From Candidatus Caenarcanales bacterium (lineage in GTDB: Bacteria; Cyanobacteriota; Vampirovibrionia; Caenarcaniphilales; Caenarcanaceae), in contig JASJDU010000002.1 of the NCBI GenBank assembly GCA_030065015.1, positions 14,615-78,614 on the forward strand: a stretch of 64,000 nt of DNA, given 5' to 3'. Under the pieces are notes generated by a model. It did no database searches, was not told the origin of the DNA, and was given only the letters and a program-made list of their open reading frames with translations. Made by a program: the position numbers and the translations under genes. Position 1 is the stretch's first letter; every line of letters begins with the position of its first letter. Shown here piece by piece: positions 18,768 to 29,080 of this stretch.

Positions 18768-19514
18768 TTAATTGTTCTCCAGTTTAAATGGATGGTTCTC
18801 CATTGCAGAGCATACCTTTAGTCCATATCTCAGATGTCCCAGAACTTCAGCAGTAGTATAAGCAATTTCTGATTTGGTTTGAATAAAGTCGAGCGCTGAA
18901 TTTTCACCAGAGAAATTTTGCTCAAAGGCTTGTGCAAATTTCTCAATATACTTGAGGCTATAGAAGAAAAACTTTCGATCAATTAAATCCTTTCGGTTGC
19001 TTAAGCAGAAAGTTTCATAAGAGTGGACAATTAGATCGGAACTCAGTGGATTGTGAAGTGCCTCTGTAGGGTTCTGTGAGTGAACTAAGTTTTGTAAATT
19101 AAAGTAAAACTCCTTGAGCAAGGATTTGTGTTGCTTGGCATATTTGCGTGGGTGTAGTGAGGAACCAATCAAGTAATGACTTCCGAGACAGGACATTTCG
19201 CTTTTTGATAGGTGCACTGAAACATTCGGAAGTTCTGGATAGTATATTTGCCCAACCCTGTACCATGAAGCTTCCTTGTCTAAGTTGTCTTCAAAGAGTT
19301 CTAACCAATTTCTAGAAAAAATGTAGTTTTCTAATGTTTCCCCATTCTTTAATGTGGTATTAATAGGAACCTTCTTCATGAGCCAGTATGCCGGATATTG
19401 AAATATATGAGACTCACCAGCAAAAATATTATTTCCTGTACTCTTTATTGGTACACTGCTTGCAAACTTCCTCATTGAAGAAGAACCTGACTCCCCGATG
19501 GCTAAATGAAACAA
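18768..19514 (-). CDS. hypothetical protein
   Basis: ORF only; start ambiguous (TTG/GTG near 19514-19529 or ATG 19475). No recognisable motifs. Confidence 0.4.
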   Translation of the reverse strand: MFHLAIGESGSSSMRKFASSVPIKSTGNNIFAGESHIFQYPAYWLMKKVPINTTLKNGETLENYIFSRNWLELFEDNLDKEASWYRVGQIYYPELPNVSVHLSKSEMSCLGSHYLIGSSLHPRKYAKQHKSLLKEFYFNLQNLVHSQNPTEALHNPLSSDLIVHSYETFCLSNRKDLIDRKFFFYSLKYIEKFAQAFEQNFSGENSALDFIQTKSEIAYTTAEVLGHLRYGLKVCSAMENHPFKLENN

Positions 19515-19699
19515 GAACCACCAACAAAAATTATCTTCTTCAGAGCAATTGAGGTCTTGAAACCTTTCTGCAAGTGAGTCTAAATATTGTATTACTTCAA
19601 CAGTGTAATTATTTATATCTTCTTTTTTAACATCTTTAGGCTGTAATTCTCTTAAACTAGTAATTTTGCTTTTATGGTATTTCCCTGTGGCAAAAGATG

Positions 19700-19742
19700 A
19701 AAGGTTAATTAATAAAAGAAAAAAAGGAAGCTAGCAAGCTTA
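19700..19742 (-). terminator. putative rho-independent terminator downstream of acpP
   Basis: On the minus strand: AAGCT-tgct-AGCTT hairpin followed by CCTTTTTTTCTTTT. The stem is short (5 bp). Confidence 0.3.
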
Positions 19743-19794
19743 ATTGCTAAACGTTGCTTCCCTTTAAACATAAAATACAACTTTCGTTGATTAA

Positions 19795-20046
19795 CTATGT
19801 TGAAGATTTTGCCCTGTCGAGTAGGTATGAAACTGCATCACCAACGGTAACCAGCTTTTCTGCTTCTTCGTCAGGAATTTCTACATTGAATTCCTCTTCG
19901 AAAGCCATTACGAGTTCAACAGTGTCAAGAGAATCAGCACCTAGATCCCCCATAAAACTTGACCCTTCGGTGATTTTTTCCTTGTCTATACCAAGTTGTT
20001 TAGACACAACTTCCTGTACCTTAGTTAGTGCTTGTTCTCTTTCCAT
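19795..20046 (-). CDS. acpP: acyl carrier protein
   Basis: [18 protein letters not shown] carries the phosphopantetheine-attachment DSLD motif. 83 aa. Confidence 0.9.
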   Translation of the reverse strand: MEREQALTKVQEVVSKQLGIDKEKITEGSSFMGDLGADSLDTVELVMAFEEEFNVEIPDEEAEKLVTVGDAVSYLLDRAKSST

Positions 20047-20359
20047 GCTTTATCAAGTGTGTATGTAATAAAACTATTCGAATCATAGGATACATCATCT
20101 TAGATAATAAGCACAATAGCCATAATAAAATCTTTTGACTTAATGCAGTAGAATCTGAATTGCCAAATTACTGTAAAGAGTCAACAAATAGTTCAATTGA
20201 TTTGATTACTTTTCAATGTCAATGAAGTTGAGTTTTCTTTGTAAGTTTTAGTGATTTATTTGATGAAAAGTTCTTCTCTAAATGAAAAATATTTATTCCT
20301 CATTCTAATAAGCTACTTTTGTATTTTTCTACGAATTGGTGATTCTACCGTTCTTCATT

Positions 20360-21484
20360 TTAGGTCTTTAAGTCAGATAAAGTTTTAATGATTTTAGAAT
20401 TTTGTTCGCTTGTTCCTACCGTTATCCTTACTAGGTCTTCTGATGCATCCCTAAAATAGCTTGCATTTCTTAATATTATTCCCTGTGTTAGAAGATATTG
20501 ACACAGCTCTGCTGCCTTATTCTGAAATCTTTTTCCTGCTAAAAAAGCTAAAAAATTAGCTTTTGTATCGAAAACCTTAAAGCCCAACTTACTCAAATTG
20601 TCATGGAGATAGATCTTTCCTCTTTCATTAAACTCAATTGATTCTTTAATAAAGTCTTGTTGCTGAAGAGCTTCAATCGCTGAGATTAAAGATAGCCTAT
20701 TTAAATTAAATGGAGTTTGAATTTTTCTATAATTTTTTAATAAAGTTTGAGGAATGACTCCCCAGCCAACCCTAAGGCCGGCTAAAGCGTAAACCTTAGA
20801 GAATGTTCTTCCAATAATTAAGTTATTGTACTTTTGTACTTTGTCAATATGTGTGCTTCCCGAATATTCAGCGTAAGCCTCATCAAGAAAAACGTAAGTT
20901 CCTGTTTCCTTTGCTTTCAGAATTATTTTCTCAATTGAACTCCAGTCCAAAGTGTTGCCCGTTGGATTATTTGGGCTACACAAAAATGCAATTTTTACTT
21001 CTGGAGATAATTTAGATAAATATTCATCTAAATCCAGTTCAAAGTTATTTTCTGTGCTAGTTCTTACAAAGATTGGTTCTGCATGCATCCACCTAGTAAC
21101 CATCTCGTAATACTCGAAAGTTGGTGTGTGAATAATAGTTTTAGAGCCTGGTTCGATTAGGAGTCTAGAAAGACACTCTAGAATATTATCCATGCCATTT
21201 CCTACAATAACTTCCGCTTGCCCAATTTCAGTAAATGTAGACTTGAGGGCCTTAACTAGAGATTGGCCTAGTGAGTCAGGATAAGTGCTTAAAATCTTTA
21301 AGATTTTGCCTTCATCATCCTTGCAAAAATCTTTAAGCTTCTCCAGAACCTTGATTGGTGAGCCAAGAGGGTTTTCATTACTTCCCAACTTGATTATGAG
21401 ATCTTCTTTCAAACCATATTCTAAAGCAATTTCTGGAATACTTTTACCAGGAATATATTCTTTTAAATTCTTTATAGTCCGCAT
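20360..21484 (-). CDS. hisC: histidinol-phosphate aminotransferase family (class II PLP aminotransferase)
   Basis: IKLGSNENPLGSP and overall HisC-like architecture. ATG at 21484. Confidence 0.75.
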   Translation of the reverse strand: MRTIKNLKEYIPGKSIPEIALEYGLKEDLIIKLGSNENPLGSPIKVLEKLKDFCKDDEGKILKILSTYPDSLGQSLVKALKSTFTEIGQAEVIVGNGMDNILECLSRLLIEPGSKTIIHTPTFEYYEMVTRWMHAEPIFVRTSTENNFELDLDEYLSKLSPEVKIAFLCSPNNPTGNTLDWSSIEKIILKAKETGTYVFLDEAYAEYSGSTHIDKVQKYNNLIIGRTFSKVYALAGLRVGWGVIPQTLLKNYRKIQTPFNLNRLSLISAIEALQQQDFIKESIEFNERGKIYLHDNLSKLGFKVFDTKANFLAFLAGKRFQNKAAELCQYLLTQGIILRNASYFRDASEDLVRITVGTSEQNSKIIKTLSDLKT

Positions 21485-21688
21485 TACTTAATTAATTTTC
21501 TTATCGATCTTGATTATAAGAATAAGGCAAAATTACTCAATAATTTCCCTAAAATTATCAATAGTTTTTCGTCAAATGTTAGTTGAGAGTTATTTGTTAA
21601 AGAACTTTCTTCCAGGAGGGTAAAACCTTAACCAGTCCTTATCCTGGACCAATTAACTTAAACTCATTCTAAAAAGGAGAGAAGGAAA

Positions 21689-21874
21689 ATGTTTTCATTA
21701 ATTGGCCTTTTAATTGCAATTATGATTTTCTTACTAATTCCCATTCTAGGAATTCACAATTACTTTCTTGGAGTTAAAAATAAAGAAGAATTTTCTTTTA
21801 CATCTTCTAGAACTAGTGGAAAGAAAAGAGCGAGAAAAATAAGAGGAATGAGACGTTCTTTGAACTTAAATTAA
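21689..21874 (+). CDS. small membrane protein with Lys/Arg-rich C-terminal tail
   Basis: Strong RBS (aaaaaGGAGagaaggaaaATG). One TM helix followed by KKRARKIRGMRR. Confidence 0.45.
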   Translation: MFSLIGLLIAIMIFLLIPILGIHNYFLGVKNKEEFSFTSSRTSGKKRARKIRGMRRSLNLN

Positions 21875-21882
21875 AGGTTGAC

Positions 21883-22713
21883 TCAATTTAATACTTTTTC
21901 TATTGAGCTGGGAAAAGAAAGTAAAGCTGGTAAAAGTTCAGGTTTCCAGAATCTACAGCCTGGAGGTGTGTGGATTGAATGTTGAAGGTTGTTAATATCT
22001 TTTTTTCCGGCAATCACAAAACTCCACCAACTTCCTGGATAGGTTGGGGTCAGGGACCATGCCACTTTGCAGTAGCTGAAAACGCTATTTAAATTTTTCC
22101 AAGTTGTTCTAAGTTCATCTTTTTGAGTTATTGGAGATCCACTTTGAGCAATAAAAAGCCCATCCTCTGAGAGAGCCTTTTTGATATCTTCGTAAAATTC
22201 CGTTTCAATTAAGCAGGCTGCGAACCCCTCAGGATCACTTGAATCAGCTATTATTAAATCATATTCTTCCGGTTTTACTTTCTTTATAAACTCTGCGGCA
22301 TCTTCAAACTTTATTGAAACCCTCTCATTATCAAGATTGGAGCTGATTGAAGGTAAAAACTTTTTAGACGCTTCAACTACCATTTCATCGATTTCTACTA
22401 AGTCAATTTTCTCGACCGTAGGATACTTGACAAGTTCTCTAACCGTTCCTCCATCTCCTCCGCCGATTACGAGAACCTTTTTTGCTTTAGGTTGAATGGA
22501 TAATGGTACGTGCACTATTGTTTCATGATAGAAGAATTCATCTTTCTCTGTGACCATCATAAGTCCATCCAGCATAAGAACTTTACCCCAATCATAAGTC
22601 TCAAAGATTTCAACCAACTGATATTTCGAACGTTCTTTGAAGAGAATGTTTTTTACTTTAAATGATAAGGATGTATTTTTATGCTTTTCTGTAACCCAAA
22701 GTGATGAGACCAT
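21883..22713 (-). CDS. speE: spermidine synthase (polyamine aminopropyltransferase)
   Basis: VLVIGGGDGGTVREL...DLVEID...DSSDP motifs. Confidence 0.85.
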   Translation of the reverse strand: MVSSLWVTEKHKNTSLSFKVKNILFKERSKYQLVEIFETYDWGKVLMLDGLMMVTEKDEFFYHETIVHVPLSIQPKAKKVLVIGGGDGGTVRELVKYPTVEKIDLVEIDEMVVEASKKFLPSISSNLDNERVSIKFEDAAEFIKKVKPEEYDLIIADSSDPEGFAACLIETEFYEDIKKALSEDGLFIAQSGSPITQKDELRTTWKNLNSVFSYCKVAWSLTPTYPGSWWSFVIAGKKDINNLQHSIHTPPGCRFWKPELLPALLSFPSSIEKVLN

Positions 22714-22764
22714 TGAGAGAGTAACTTTAGTATTGACTAAGCAAGGATGATACTAAATTTTTGG

Positions 22765-23598
22765 TTATTTTTGACACCTTGGACAAAAATGAGTTCCTCT
22801 TTGTCCGAGTCGAATGTATTCAATTGGAGTCTTGCAGACTAAACATTCTTCTGATTTCTTTTTTCCGTAAACAAACAAGTTTAAAGCGTAGTTGCCTAAA
22901 GATCCGTCTGTTTGAACATAGTCCCTAATACTTGTTCCTCCGATTTTGATTGAATCAGTGATTACTCTTTTTATTGAGGCATAAAGCTCTTGAACTTCAT
23001 TTTTCTTTAAGGAATTAGCTTTGCGAGTTGGCCTAATTCCTGCCAAAAACAATGCTTCATCGGCGTATATATTCCCCATTCCAGAGACTGCTTTTGTTTG
23101 GTCTAGTAACAATGTTTTGATTGGACTCTTGTACTTTTTAAGACTTTCTTGGAAATGACTCAGCGTAAAAGAATCCTCTATTGGTTCTGGAGCCAAAAAA
23201 GGGATTGATCCAATTTTTTGTGCTTCTTTGAAAGAGTTGTAAAGGCTTATTCGGCCGAATGCTCTTAAATCTTTAAAGCGAAGGATCTTTTCATTGTCCA
23301 ACATGAAAATAATATGTGTATGAACTGGCTCTGGGCTGGTGATTTCTTGTACCAAAAAGGTTCCAGACATCTTTAGATGAACAATTAGTACTAAACCATT
23401 TTCCATTTCAAGGAATAAATATTTGGCTTTTCTTCTTATTGATTTGAATCTTTGTCCGGATAGTTTTTTCTGGAAATTTTCAGGGCTAATATTCTCGAGC
23501 GTTTTTGATCTATTTACTTTAACTTTTAATATCTTTTTTCCTATTACTTTTTTTTCAAGACCTTTTCTAACAGTTTCAACCTCAGGTAATTCAGGCAT
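22765..23598 (-). CDS. mutM: formamidopyrimidine-DNA glycosylase
   Basis: MPELPEVETVRKGL N-terminus (catalytic Pro2/Glu3) and C-terminal zinc finger CLVC...CPRC. Confidence 0.9.
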   Translation of the reverse strand: MPELPEVETVRKGLEKKVIGKKILKVKVNRSKTLENISPENFQKKLSGQRFKSIRRKAKYLFLEMENGLVLIVHLKMSGTFLVQEITSPEPVHTHIIFMLDNEKILRFKDLRAFGRISLYNSFKEAQKIGSIPFLAPEPIEDSFTLSHFQESLKKYKSPIKTLLLDQTKAVSGMGNIYADEALFLAGIRPTRKANSLKKNEVQELYASIKRVITDSIKIGGTSIRDYVQTDGSLGNYALNLFVYGKKKSEECLVCKTPIEYIRLGQRGTHFCPRCQK

Positions 23599-23667
23599 TT
23601 ATGAATTTCTTTTCAATAAGTTTATTAAGTAAGCTTACAACAGTAATAAACTTACTTCTAATAGCTT

Positions 23668-24333
23668 TCATTTTGATCTTGGTAGAGACAAGCCAAGCTT
23701 TACAGCAATCAACCTTACCCCAAAAACTGTAAAAGCTGAAATATAGACAATAATCTCTTCAGGGGCATTCAATTGCCTTAAGACTAGAAATAGACCACCT
23801 CCAATCAAACAAGCTGTGGCATATATTTCTTTCTGAAAAATCAAAGGAATCTCATTACTCAAGACATCTCTGATTACTCCTCCAAAAGATCCTGTTATTA
23901 CCCCCATAAGAAGGCTTGCCCAAGGAGATAAACCTTTATCCAGCGCAACTGATATACCAATACTTACGAAAATACCTAGACCTATAGCATCGCAAAAAAT
24001 CATCGGTTTCCCTATTTTTAGAAGAAAGCGTTTGAAATAAAAGACTATTAAAACTGCCAAAATACAAACAGTTAAATAAAGATAATCTTTTAAAAAAGGT
24101 ACAGGAGCGTCTCCAATTAGAATGGAACGTAAAGTCCCTCCTCCAACTGCAGTTACAACTGCTAAAACAAGCATCCCCAATATATCCATTCCTTTTCTGG
24201 AGGCAACAATTGCTCCGGATAGTGCAAAAACAAAGGATCCAAAAAAATCTAAGAATTGAATAAACGAAATAAATTGCATTAAGTGGATAAAGAGTTTCGA
24301 CAACCAGCTTTCGGTATTAATTAATAAAGTCAT
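23668..24333 (-). CDS. TRIC / UPF0126 family cation channel (two Gly-transporter-like repeats)
   Basis: FGSFVFALSGAIVASRKGMDILGMLVLAVVTAVGGGTLRS and a second repeat GVITGSFGGVIRDVL. Confidence 0.65.
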   Translation of the reverse strand: MTLLINTESWLSKLFIHLMQFISFIQFLDFFGSFVFALSGAIVASRKGMDILGMLVLAVVTAVGGGTLRSILIGDAPVPFLKDYLYLTVCILAVLIVFYFKRFLLKIGKPMIFCDAIGLGIFVSIGISVALDKGLSPWASLLMGVITGSFGGVIRDVLSNEIPLIFQKEIYATACLIGGGLFLVLRQLNAPEEIIVYISAFTVFGVRLIAVKLGLSLPRSK

Positions 24334-24442
24334 TCTGATAGCTAAAATTTCGTTTTTTAATTAAACAAAAAACGAGTGACATATTCTGCCACTCTTTGTA
24401 ATTACAATCAAATTATTATCTGAAGTGATCTAATGGACAAAC

Positions 24443-24964
24443 TTACTTTTTATCTTTAGTTCCTTCGACTGATTCTTTATTGGTATCCTCCCCTATTGAA
24501 ACATTTTGTGAGTCTTGAGTGATTTTTTCAAATTGCTTTGTTAAAACATCGTTTGCAAGTCCTCCTGTTGTTGATTCAACAAACTCTCCATTTTTGTCGA
24601 AGAAAAATAAGGTTGGTATAGAAGTAACTGAAAATGACTTAGTCAAATCTTTTTGTTCGTCTACATTCATTCTTAAGACCTTAACATTTGAGAAATTTGC
24701 CTCAACTTCTTCTAGAGTGGGTTTGAAAGCTCTACAAGCGGGACACCAGTCTGCATAAAAGAAGAAAACCGTTGAAGTTCCTTTTATTATGTATTCCTCT
24801 GCCGATTTTTTTGCTGCATCTGGAAGAGATTTGCTGACAAAAGAAACAGCTCCACCAGTCTCACTGTCACCATCAGTTGTTGTAGCTTCTTTATTTCCAC
24901 AGCCGAAAAGAGCAAAACTAAATAACAAAGATAAGAGAATATTTTTCTTGAAGATTTCTTTCAT
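24443..24964 (-). CDS. thioredoxin-fold lipoprotein (TlpA-like)
   Basis: Signal plus lipobox LFGCG; WCPACRAF active-site motif. ATG at 24964 (the ORF track starts at TTG 24994). Confidence 0.7.
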   Translation of the reverse strand: MKEIFKKNILLSLLFSFALFGCGNKEATTTDGDSETGGAVSFVSKSLPDAAKKSAEEYIIKGTSTVFFFYADWCPACRAFKPTLEEVEANFSNVKVLRMNVDEQKDLTKSFSVTSIPTLFFFDKNGEFVESTTGGLANDVLTKQFEKITQDSQNVSIGEDTNKESVEGTKDKK

Positions 24965-25093
24965 ATTTTTGAATCCTAAAAGCGCGCCATCCAATTTTAT
25001 TACAAAGAATAAAAATTAATATATAAATTAGGTAAAGAAATTTGGACTAAATAATCAATTCATTAGAGCTTTTTCTTGATTTTCAGCAGTTCT

Positions 25094-26461
25094 TTAATGA
25101 ATTAAATTCTCTATGGTGTCATAAAACCCTGGAAACGAAACATCTGCCCATTCAGATCCATCCAGCTCAATTCCCTTTGTGGAAATCAAGCTCCCAATTC
25201 TGGAGGTCATTGCAATACGATGATCATGATTTGCATAAAAGATATCACCGTTGGGTTCAAAAGGTTTCCCTCCCCTTCCTTCAATAATTAAGCCATCTTC
25301 TTCTTCTATTACACGAACTCCTAATTTACTCAATAAGTCGAACATTGCTTTCAGTCGATCGGATTCTTTTACTCTAAGTTCAGAGGCCCCTTTTATGATG
25401 GTTGTGCCGGTTGCCTGTGCGGCCGCCAAAGATAGAATCGGCAGTTCATCAATTATATTGGGAATTATCGATCCAGCAATTTCAATACCCTTCATTTCGG
25501 AAAATGAAGCTTCTATATCCCCAATGATTTCTTTTGTGCTGTCAGCATTTTTTTGTTTGATAATAAGTTTTCCACCCATTCTTTGTAGAATTTCTAAGAA
25601 GCCAGTTCTAGTTGGATTTAGGCCAACATTACGTATCTTTACTCTGCTATTTGGTACTAATAAAGCCGCTGTAATAATAAAAGCCGCGCATGAAATATCC
25701 CCTGGTATCACAACTTCGCATCCCATAAGGCTTGAAGGGAGAACTTGAACACTTAAATCACTTATTCTTTGTATATTTGCTCCGTAGGAGGCAAGCATAA
25801 TTTCGGTATGATTTCTTGATATTGCAGGCTCTTCAATGGTTAATGAATTTTTTGCGTTTAAGCCGGCAAGTAATAACGCTGATTTTAACTGTGCGCTAGC
25901 TATCTTGTTTTCAATGAACCCACCGTTTAATTCTTTTCCAACAACAGTTAATGGAGCCAGACGGTTGTCATTTCGTCCTAGAATATTTGCTCCTAGTTCT
26001 TTAAGAGGTGCAACAACTCTTTTCATTGGTCTTTTACGTAGAGATTGATCTCCAGACATAACCGTATACTTTATGTTCGGATTACTTGCTAAGACGCCTA
26101 GCATGAAACGCAAACATGTCCCAGAATTACCGCAATTTAAAACATCAGTGGGTTCCGTTAAACCGTGAGTTCCGTTACCTTTAATTACTAAATTTAAATT
26201 TCCTTCTTGTGTCCAAGATTTATCTTCTATTTTTACCCCCAGTTGTTGAATAACTCTTAAAGTGGTTTGAGGATCTCCTGAATTTGGAAAATTCTTTATA
26301 AGACTTTCACCTTCGGCAATAGAGGATAATATTGCCGCCCTTTGTGCTATAGATTTATCTGGTGGAACAAAAACCTCCCCAGAGAGGCAACCGTTTTTTT
26401 TTACAGGTTCTAATTTCTTATTGCTATTCATTTTCTTATTCAACAAAAATAAAAGCTGCAT
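25094..26461 (-). CDS. aroA: 3-phosphoshikimate 1-carboxyvinyltransferase (EPSP synthase)
   Basis: Characteristic EPSPS blocks (LGNSGT.LRF, KESDRL.AM...L..LG). Start is either 26461 or 26431. Confidence 0.9.
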   Translation of the reverse strand: MQLLFLLNKKMNSNKKLEPVKKNGCLSGEVFVPPDKSIAQRAAILSSIAEGESLIKNFPNSGDPQTTLRVIQQLGVKIEDKSWTQEGNLNLVIKGNGTHGLTEPTDVLNCGNSGTCLRFMLGVLASNPNIKYTVMSGDQSLRKRPMKRVVAPLKELGANILGRNDNRLAPLTVVGKELNGGFIENKIASAQLKSALLLAGLNAKNSLTIEEPAISRNHTEIMLASYGANIQRISDLSVQVLPSSLMGCEVVIPGDISCAAFIITAALLVPNSRVKIRNVGLNPTRTGFLEILQRMGGKLIIKQKNADSTKEIIGDIEASFSEMKGIEIAGSIIPNIIDELPILSLAAAQATGTTIIKGASELRVKESDRLKAMFDLLSKLGVRVIEEEDGLIIEGRGGKPFEPNGDIFYANHDHRIAMTSRIGSLISTKGIELDGSEWADVSFPGFYDTIENLIH

Positions 26462-26518
26462 CCACGATGAATATTTAAAAGTGGAGCAGCTTACTTTAAT
26501 AACTGATAAATAAAAGAA

Positions 26519-26710
26519 TTATTCAGCTGTTTCTTCTGATACTTCTTCTGAACCTTCTTCGGCTCCTTCTTCAGTTACTTCTTCGGTCCCTTCAGTTACG
26601 GTTTCAGTAACTTCAGTTCCTTCTTCAGCTGTAGGTGTTTCATTTGGAGTACATCCTACTAAAACTACGGTTAAAGGTAAGCAAAGAGCTAAAAATTTAA
26701 TCCAATTCAT
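26519..26710 (-). CDS. small acidic lipoprotein with TEEV/TEEG repeats
   Basis: MNWIKFLALCLPLTVVLVGC lipobox, followed by an E/T-rich low-complexity region. Confidence 0.4.
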   Translation of the reverse strand: MNWIKFLALCLPLTVVLVGCTPNETPTAEEGTEVTETVTEGTEEVTEEGAEEGSEEVSEETAE

Positions 26711-26951
26711 AAAAAATTTATTGACAATAGGGGTATCTGGCATAAAAGTATGCCAAAAACAAAATGAGTATAACTGAAGTTAAACCATTTGAAAACACCG
26801 TGTGACCCACTTTTATTTCTTCTTGTTTATTCTCCTTCTTTGGAAAATGATTAAGGTCAATATATGATGAGGCAAGTGAATGTTTTGGTTTGAAATTTTT
26901 AATCTAGTTTTAGTGAAAAAGGTAAATGTACTTCTAACCAATTCTTTACTT

Positions 26952-27248
26952 TTACTTGCTATTTAACCTGAATCTTAATTTATTTATTTTTAAACTCGGC
27001 ATTAATTGAGAAAGTTCTTGGTTTAATTCATTAATTATATTCAATGCATCGAGTTGTAGATTGGACATTAATGAGTGGTTATTCACTTCAATTACTAGCT
27101 CACCTTCTTTTAATTTAATTTCTCCAATGTTTGCTGCATTAGACCGAGAAGCTAATTCCCAAGCTGTTTCGATAGCTTTGATTTGCGAGCTTTCAGCCGT
27201 AGCTCTATTGGACCAATCTTGTACTAAATCATTTAAGCTGAAAAACAT
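26952..27248 (-). CDS. DUF721/DciA-like protein
   Basis: C-terminal EIKLKEGELVIEVNNHSLMSNLQL...INKLRFRL matches the DUF721 profile end. ATG at 27248. Confidence 0.45.
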   Translation of the reverse strand: MFFSLNDLVQDWSNRATAESSQIKAIETAWELASRSNAANIGEIKLKEGELVIEVNNHSLMSNLQLDALNIINELNQELSQLMPSLKINKLRFRLNSK

Positions 27249-27345
27249 TAATTAGCTTCCATAAACTTGTTATCAATAGTGTTACCTTAAACAAATCAAT
27301 TTTGTACAATTCAAAGATTATGAACTTAAAATTCTTGTAAAAATT

Positions 27346-27714
27346 TTGAAAATTATAAAAGCAATTCGAGCTGCAACTAATGTAGATAAAGATTCTCCTT
27401 TTGAAATTCAAGAGAGAGTTAATGAGTTATTGAATAGCACTCTTATAGAAAATAGCCTAACCAAGGAAGATATTATCTCCGTATACTTCACTGTTACACA
27501 AGATATTAGGAGTTTCAATCCAGCTAGAGTTGCAAGAGAAAGATTGGAATGGAATGATGTGTGCATGATATGCGCTCAAGAAGCTTTTATTGAAGGCGGG
27601 TTGGATTTGTGTATTAGAGCGCTTTTGCATGTATATTCTTATCAAGAAGCGAAGATCAAACACGTTTATTTGCACAAAGCACAGTCACTCAGAACCGATT
27701 GGTCAACAAACTAG
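27346..27714 (+). CDS. aroH: chorismate mutase, AroH class (monofunctional)
   Basis: KIIKAIRAATNV...FNPARVARE...CIRALL...HVYLHKAQSLRTD aligns with B. subtilis AroH (IRGIRGATTV...PAKAVRE...CIRVMM...RHVYLEK..LRPDL). TTG start, consistent with homology. Confidence 0.7.
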   Translation: MKIIKAIRAATNVDKDSPFEIQERVNELLNSTLIENSLTKEDIISVYFTVTQDIRSFNPARVARERLEWNDVCMICAQEAFIEGGLDLCIRALLHVYSYQEAKIKHVYLHKAQSLRTDWSTN

Positions 27715-27720
27715 CTAAAT

Positions 27721-28323
27721 ATGAAGATGAAAATTAATTGGCCCAACACAATCACTATTTTTAGGGTAACTCTAGCTTTTGTCACTTTTACTATTCTATT
27801 TAATAGTTCAAATAGTAATTTATTAATTTATTTGTGCTTTGCTCTTACGTTAATTGTAATAGCCGGTGATTACTTAGATGGGTATTTAGCTAGAAGCTTA
27901 AAACAAAGCTCTGTTTTTGGAGCTTGGTTGGATATTGCTGCGGACAGATTGGTGGAGATCTGTTACTGGGTTACTTTTAGTTATTTACAATGGGTTAGTC
28001 CCTGGGTTGCGATTATTTTCGTTACGAGAGGTGTTTTGGTGGATGGAATTAGATCTTTTGCACAATCACAAGGATATACAGCTTTCGGTGAAAAAACTAT
28101 GATGGATTCTGGAGTTGGGAAATTCTTAGTAGCTTCACCCGCTAGCAGAGTTCTCTATGCTGCTATTAAAGCGATAGCTTTTGGATTAGTTATTCTTTCT
28201 CAAGCACATAGTCAAATTTTATTACCAGCATTAGCCTCGGTATATTTAGCAACAATATTTTGTCTTGTCCGAGGAATTCCAGTATTAATTGAAGGTAAAC
28301 GTTTTCTTCAACAACAAGAATGA
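27721..28323 (+). CDS. CDP-alcohol phosphatidyltransferase family protein
   Basis: DYLDGYLAR-x8-GAWLDIAADRL matches D-G-x2-A-R-x8-G-x3-D-x3-D. Confidence 0.75.
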   Translation: MKMKINWPNTITIFRVTLAFVTFTILFNSSNSNLLIYLCFALTLIVIAGDYLDGYLARSLKQSSVFGAWLDIAADRLVEICYWVTFSYLQWVSPWVAIIFVTRGVLVDGIRSFAQSQGYTAFGEKTMMDSGVGKFLVASPASRVLYAAIKAIAFGLVILSQAHSQILLPALASVYLATIFCLVRGIPVLIEGKRFLQQQE

Positions 28324-29030
28324 ATTTAATAGCTTTTTTAGCATTCTTAGTTGGGAGCATATTGCCACTAATTTATATTCCTTTAATAATTGGTAATCCA
28401 CGAAGAGTTAATTTCAGAATATTATTCTATGGATTGGGTGGAGGGCTAATTTCTGGATTAGGAATAATTACTTTTAAATTTTTGTTCTTTCAAAAAGGCA
28501 TGCACCTGCCAACTCAAGAAGTTTTGACTCTTACTTTATTTACCTCTTTAATCGAAGCGGGGTTGTTGGAAGAGTGTTTTAAGAATGGACTTTACTTGTT
28601 GTGTCTATGCTTATTGAAAAAACAAGTCAATTTCTCTTCAAACAAATATTCTTATTTTGCATTGGCTGCTTTTGTTGGATTAGGCTTTGGAATATTAGAA
28701 ACTGCTTTTTATGCAAGTAATTTGAAATATGAAATAACAATAATTTGGGACAGAGTTTATACAACAATACCAGCTCATATGATCATGAATATACTCTTCG
28801 GATTCCTCATATCCGAAAGAATTAATCCAGTAATTGCATTGCTAGGAAGTATTTCTTTTCATGCTGCTTATGATTTTTTTGCGATTCCTTCAACCTTATT
28901 GGGGGGTGTTTTGCTGCGAGTTCTTTTGATAATTGGTTTTGGCTTTTGTTTATGGGCGGGAAAGTATTTACTTAGCCAAAGCTCTCAACTCCAGTCCTCA
29001 CCTAAGATTTTGGGTGGACAAAAAACATAA
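28320..29030 (+). CDS. CPBP/PrsW-like intramembrane metalloprotease family membrane protein
   Basis: EEcFK (E-E-x-x-K) and SFHAAYDF (F-x-x-x-H) motifs in a polytopic membrane protein. Its ATGA overlaps the upstream stop. Confidence 0.45.
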   Translation: MNLIAFLAFLVGSILPLIYIPLIIGNPRRVNFRILFYGLGGGLISGLGIITFKFLFFQKGMHLPTQEVLTLTLFTSLIEAGLLEECFKNGLYLLCLCLLKKQVNFSSNKYSYFALAAFVGLGFGILETAFYASNLKYEITIIWDRVYTTIPAHMIMNILFGFLISERINPVIALLGSISFHAAYDFFAIPSTLLGGVLLRVLLIIGFGFCLWAGKYLLSQSSQLQSSPKILGGQKT

Positions 29031-29080
29031 AGTTAGAAGATCGTTATCCGAGGGTATTCAAATATCGAGGAGAAATTTTT

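Noticed and set aside
25251-25748. 165-aa plus-strand ORF
   Set aside because: Antisense within aroA.
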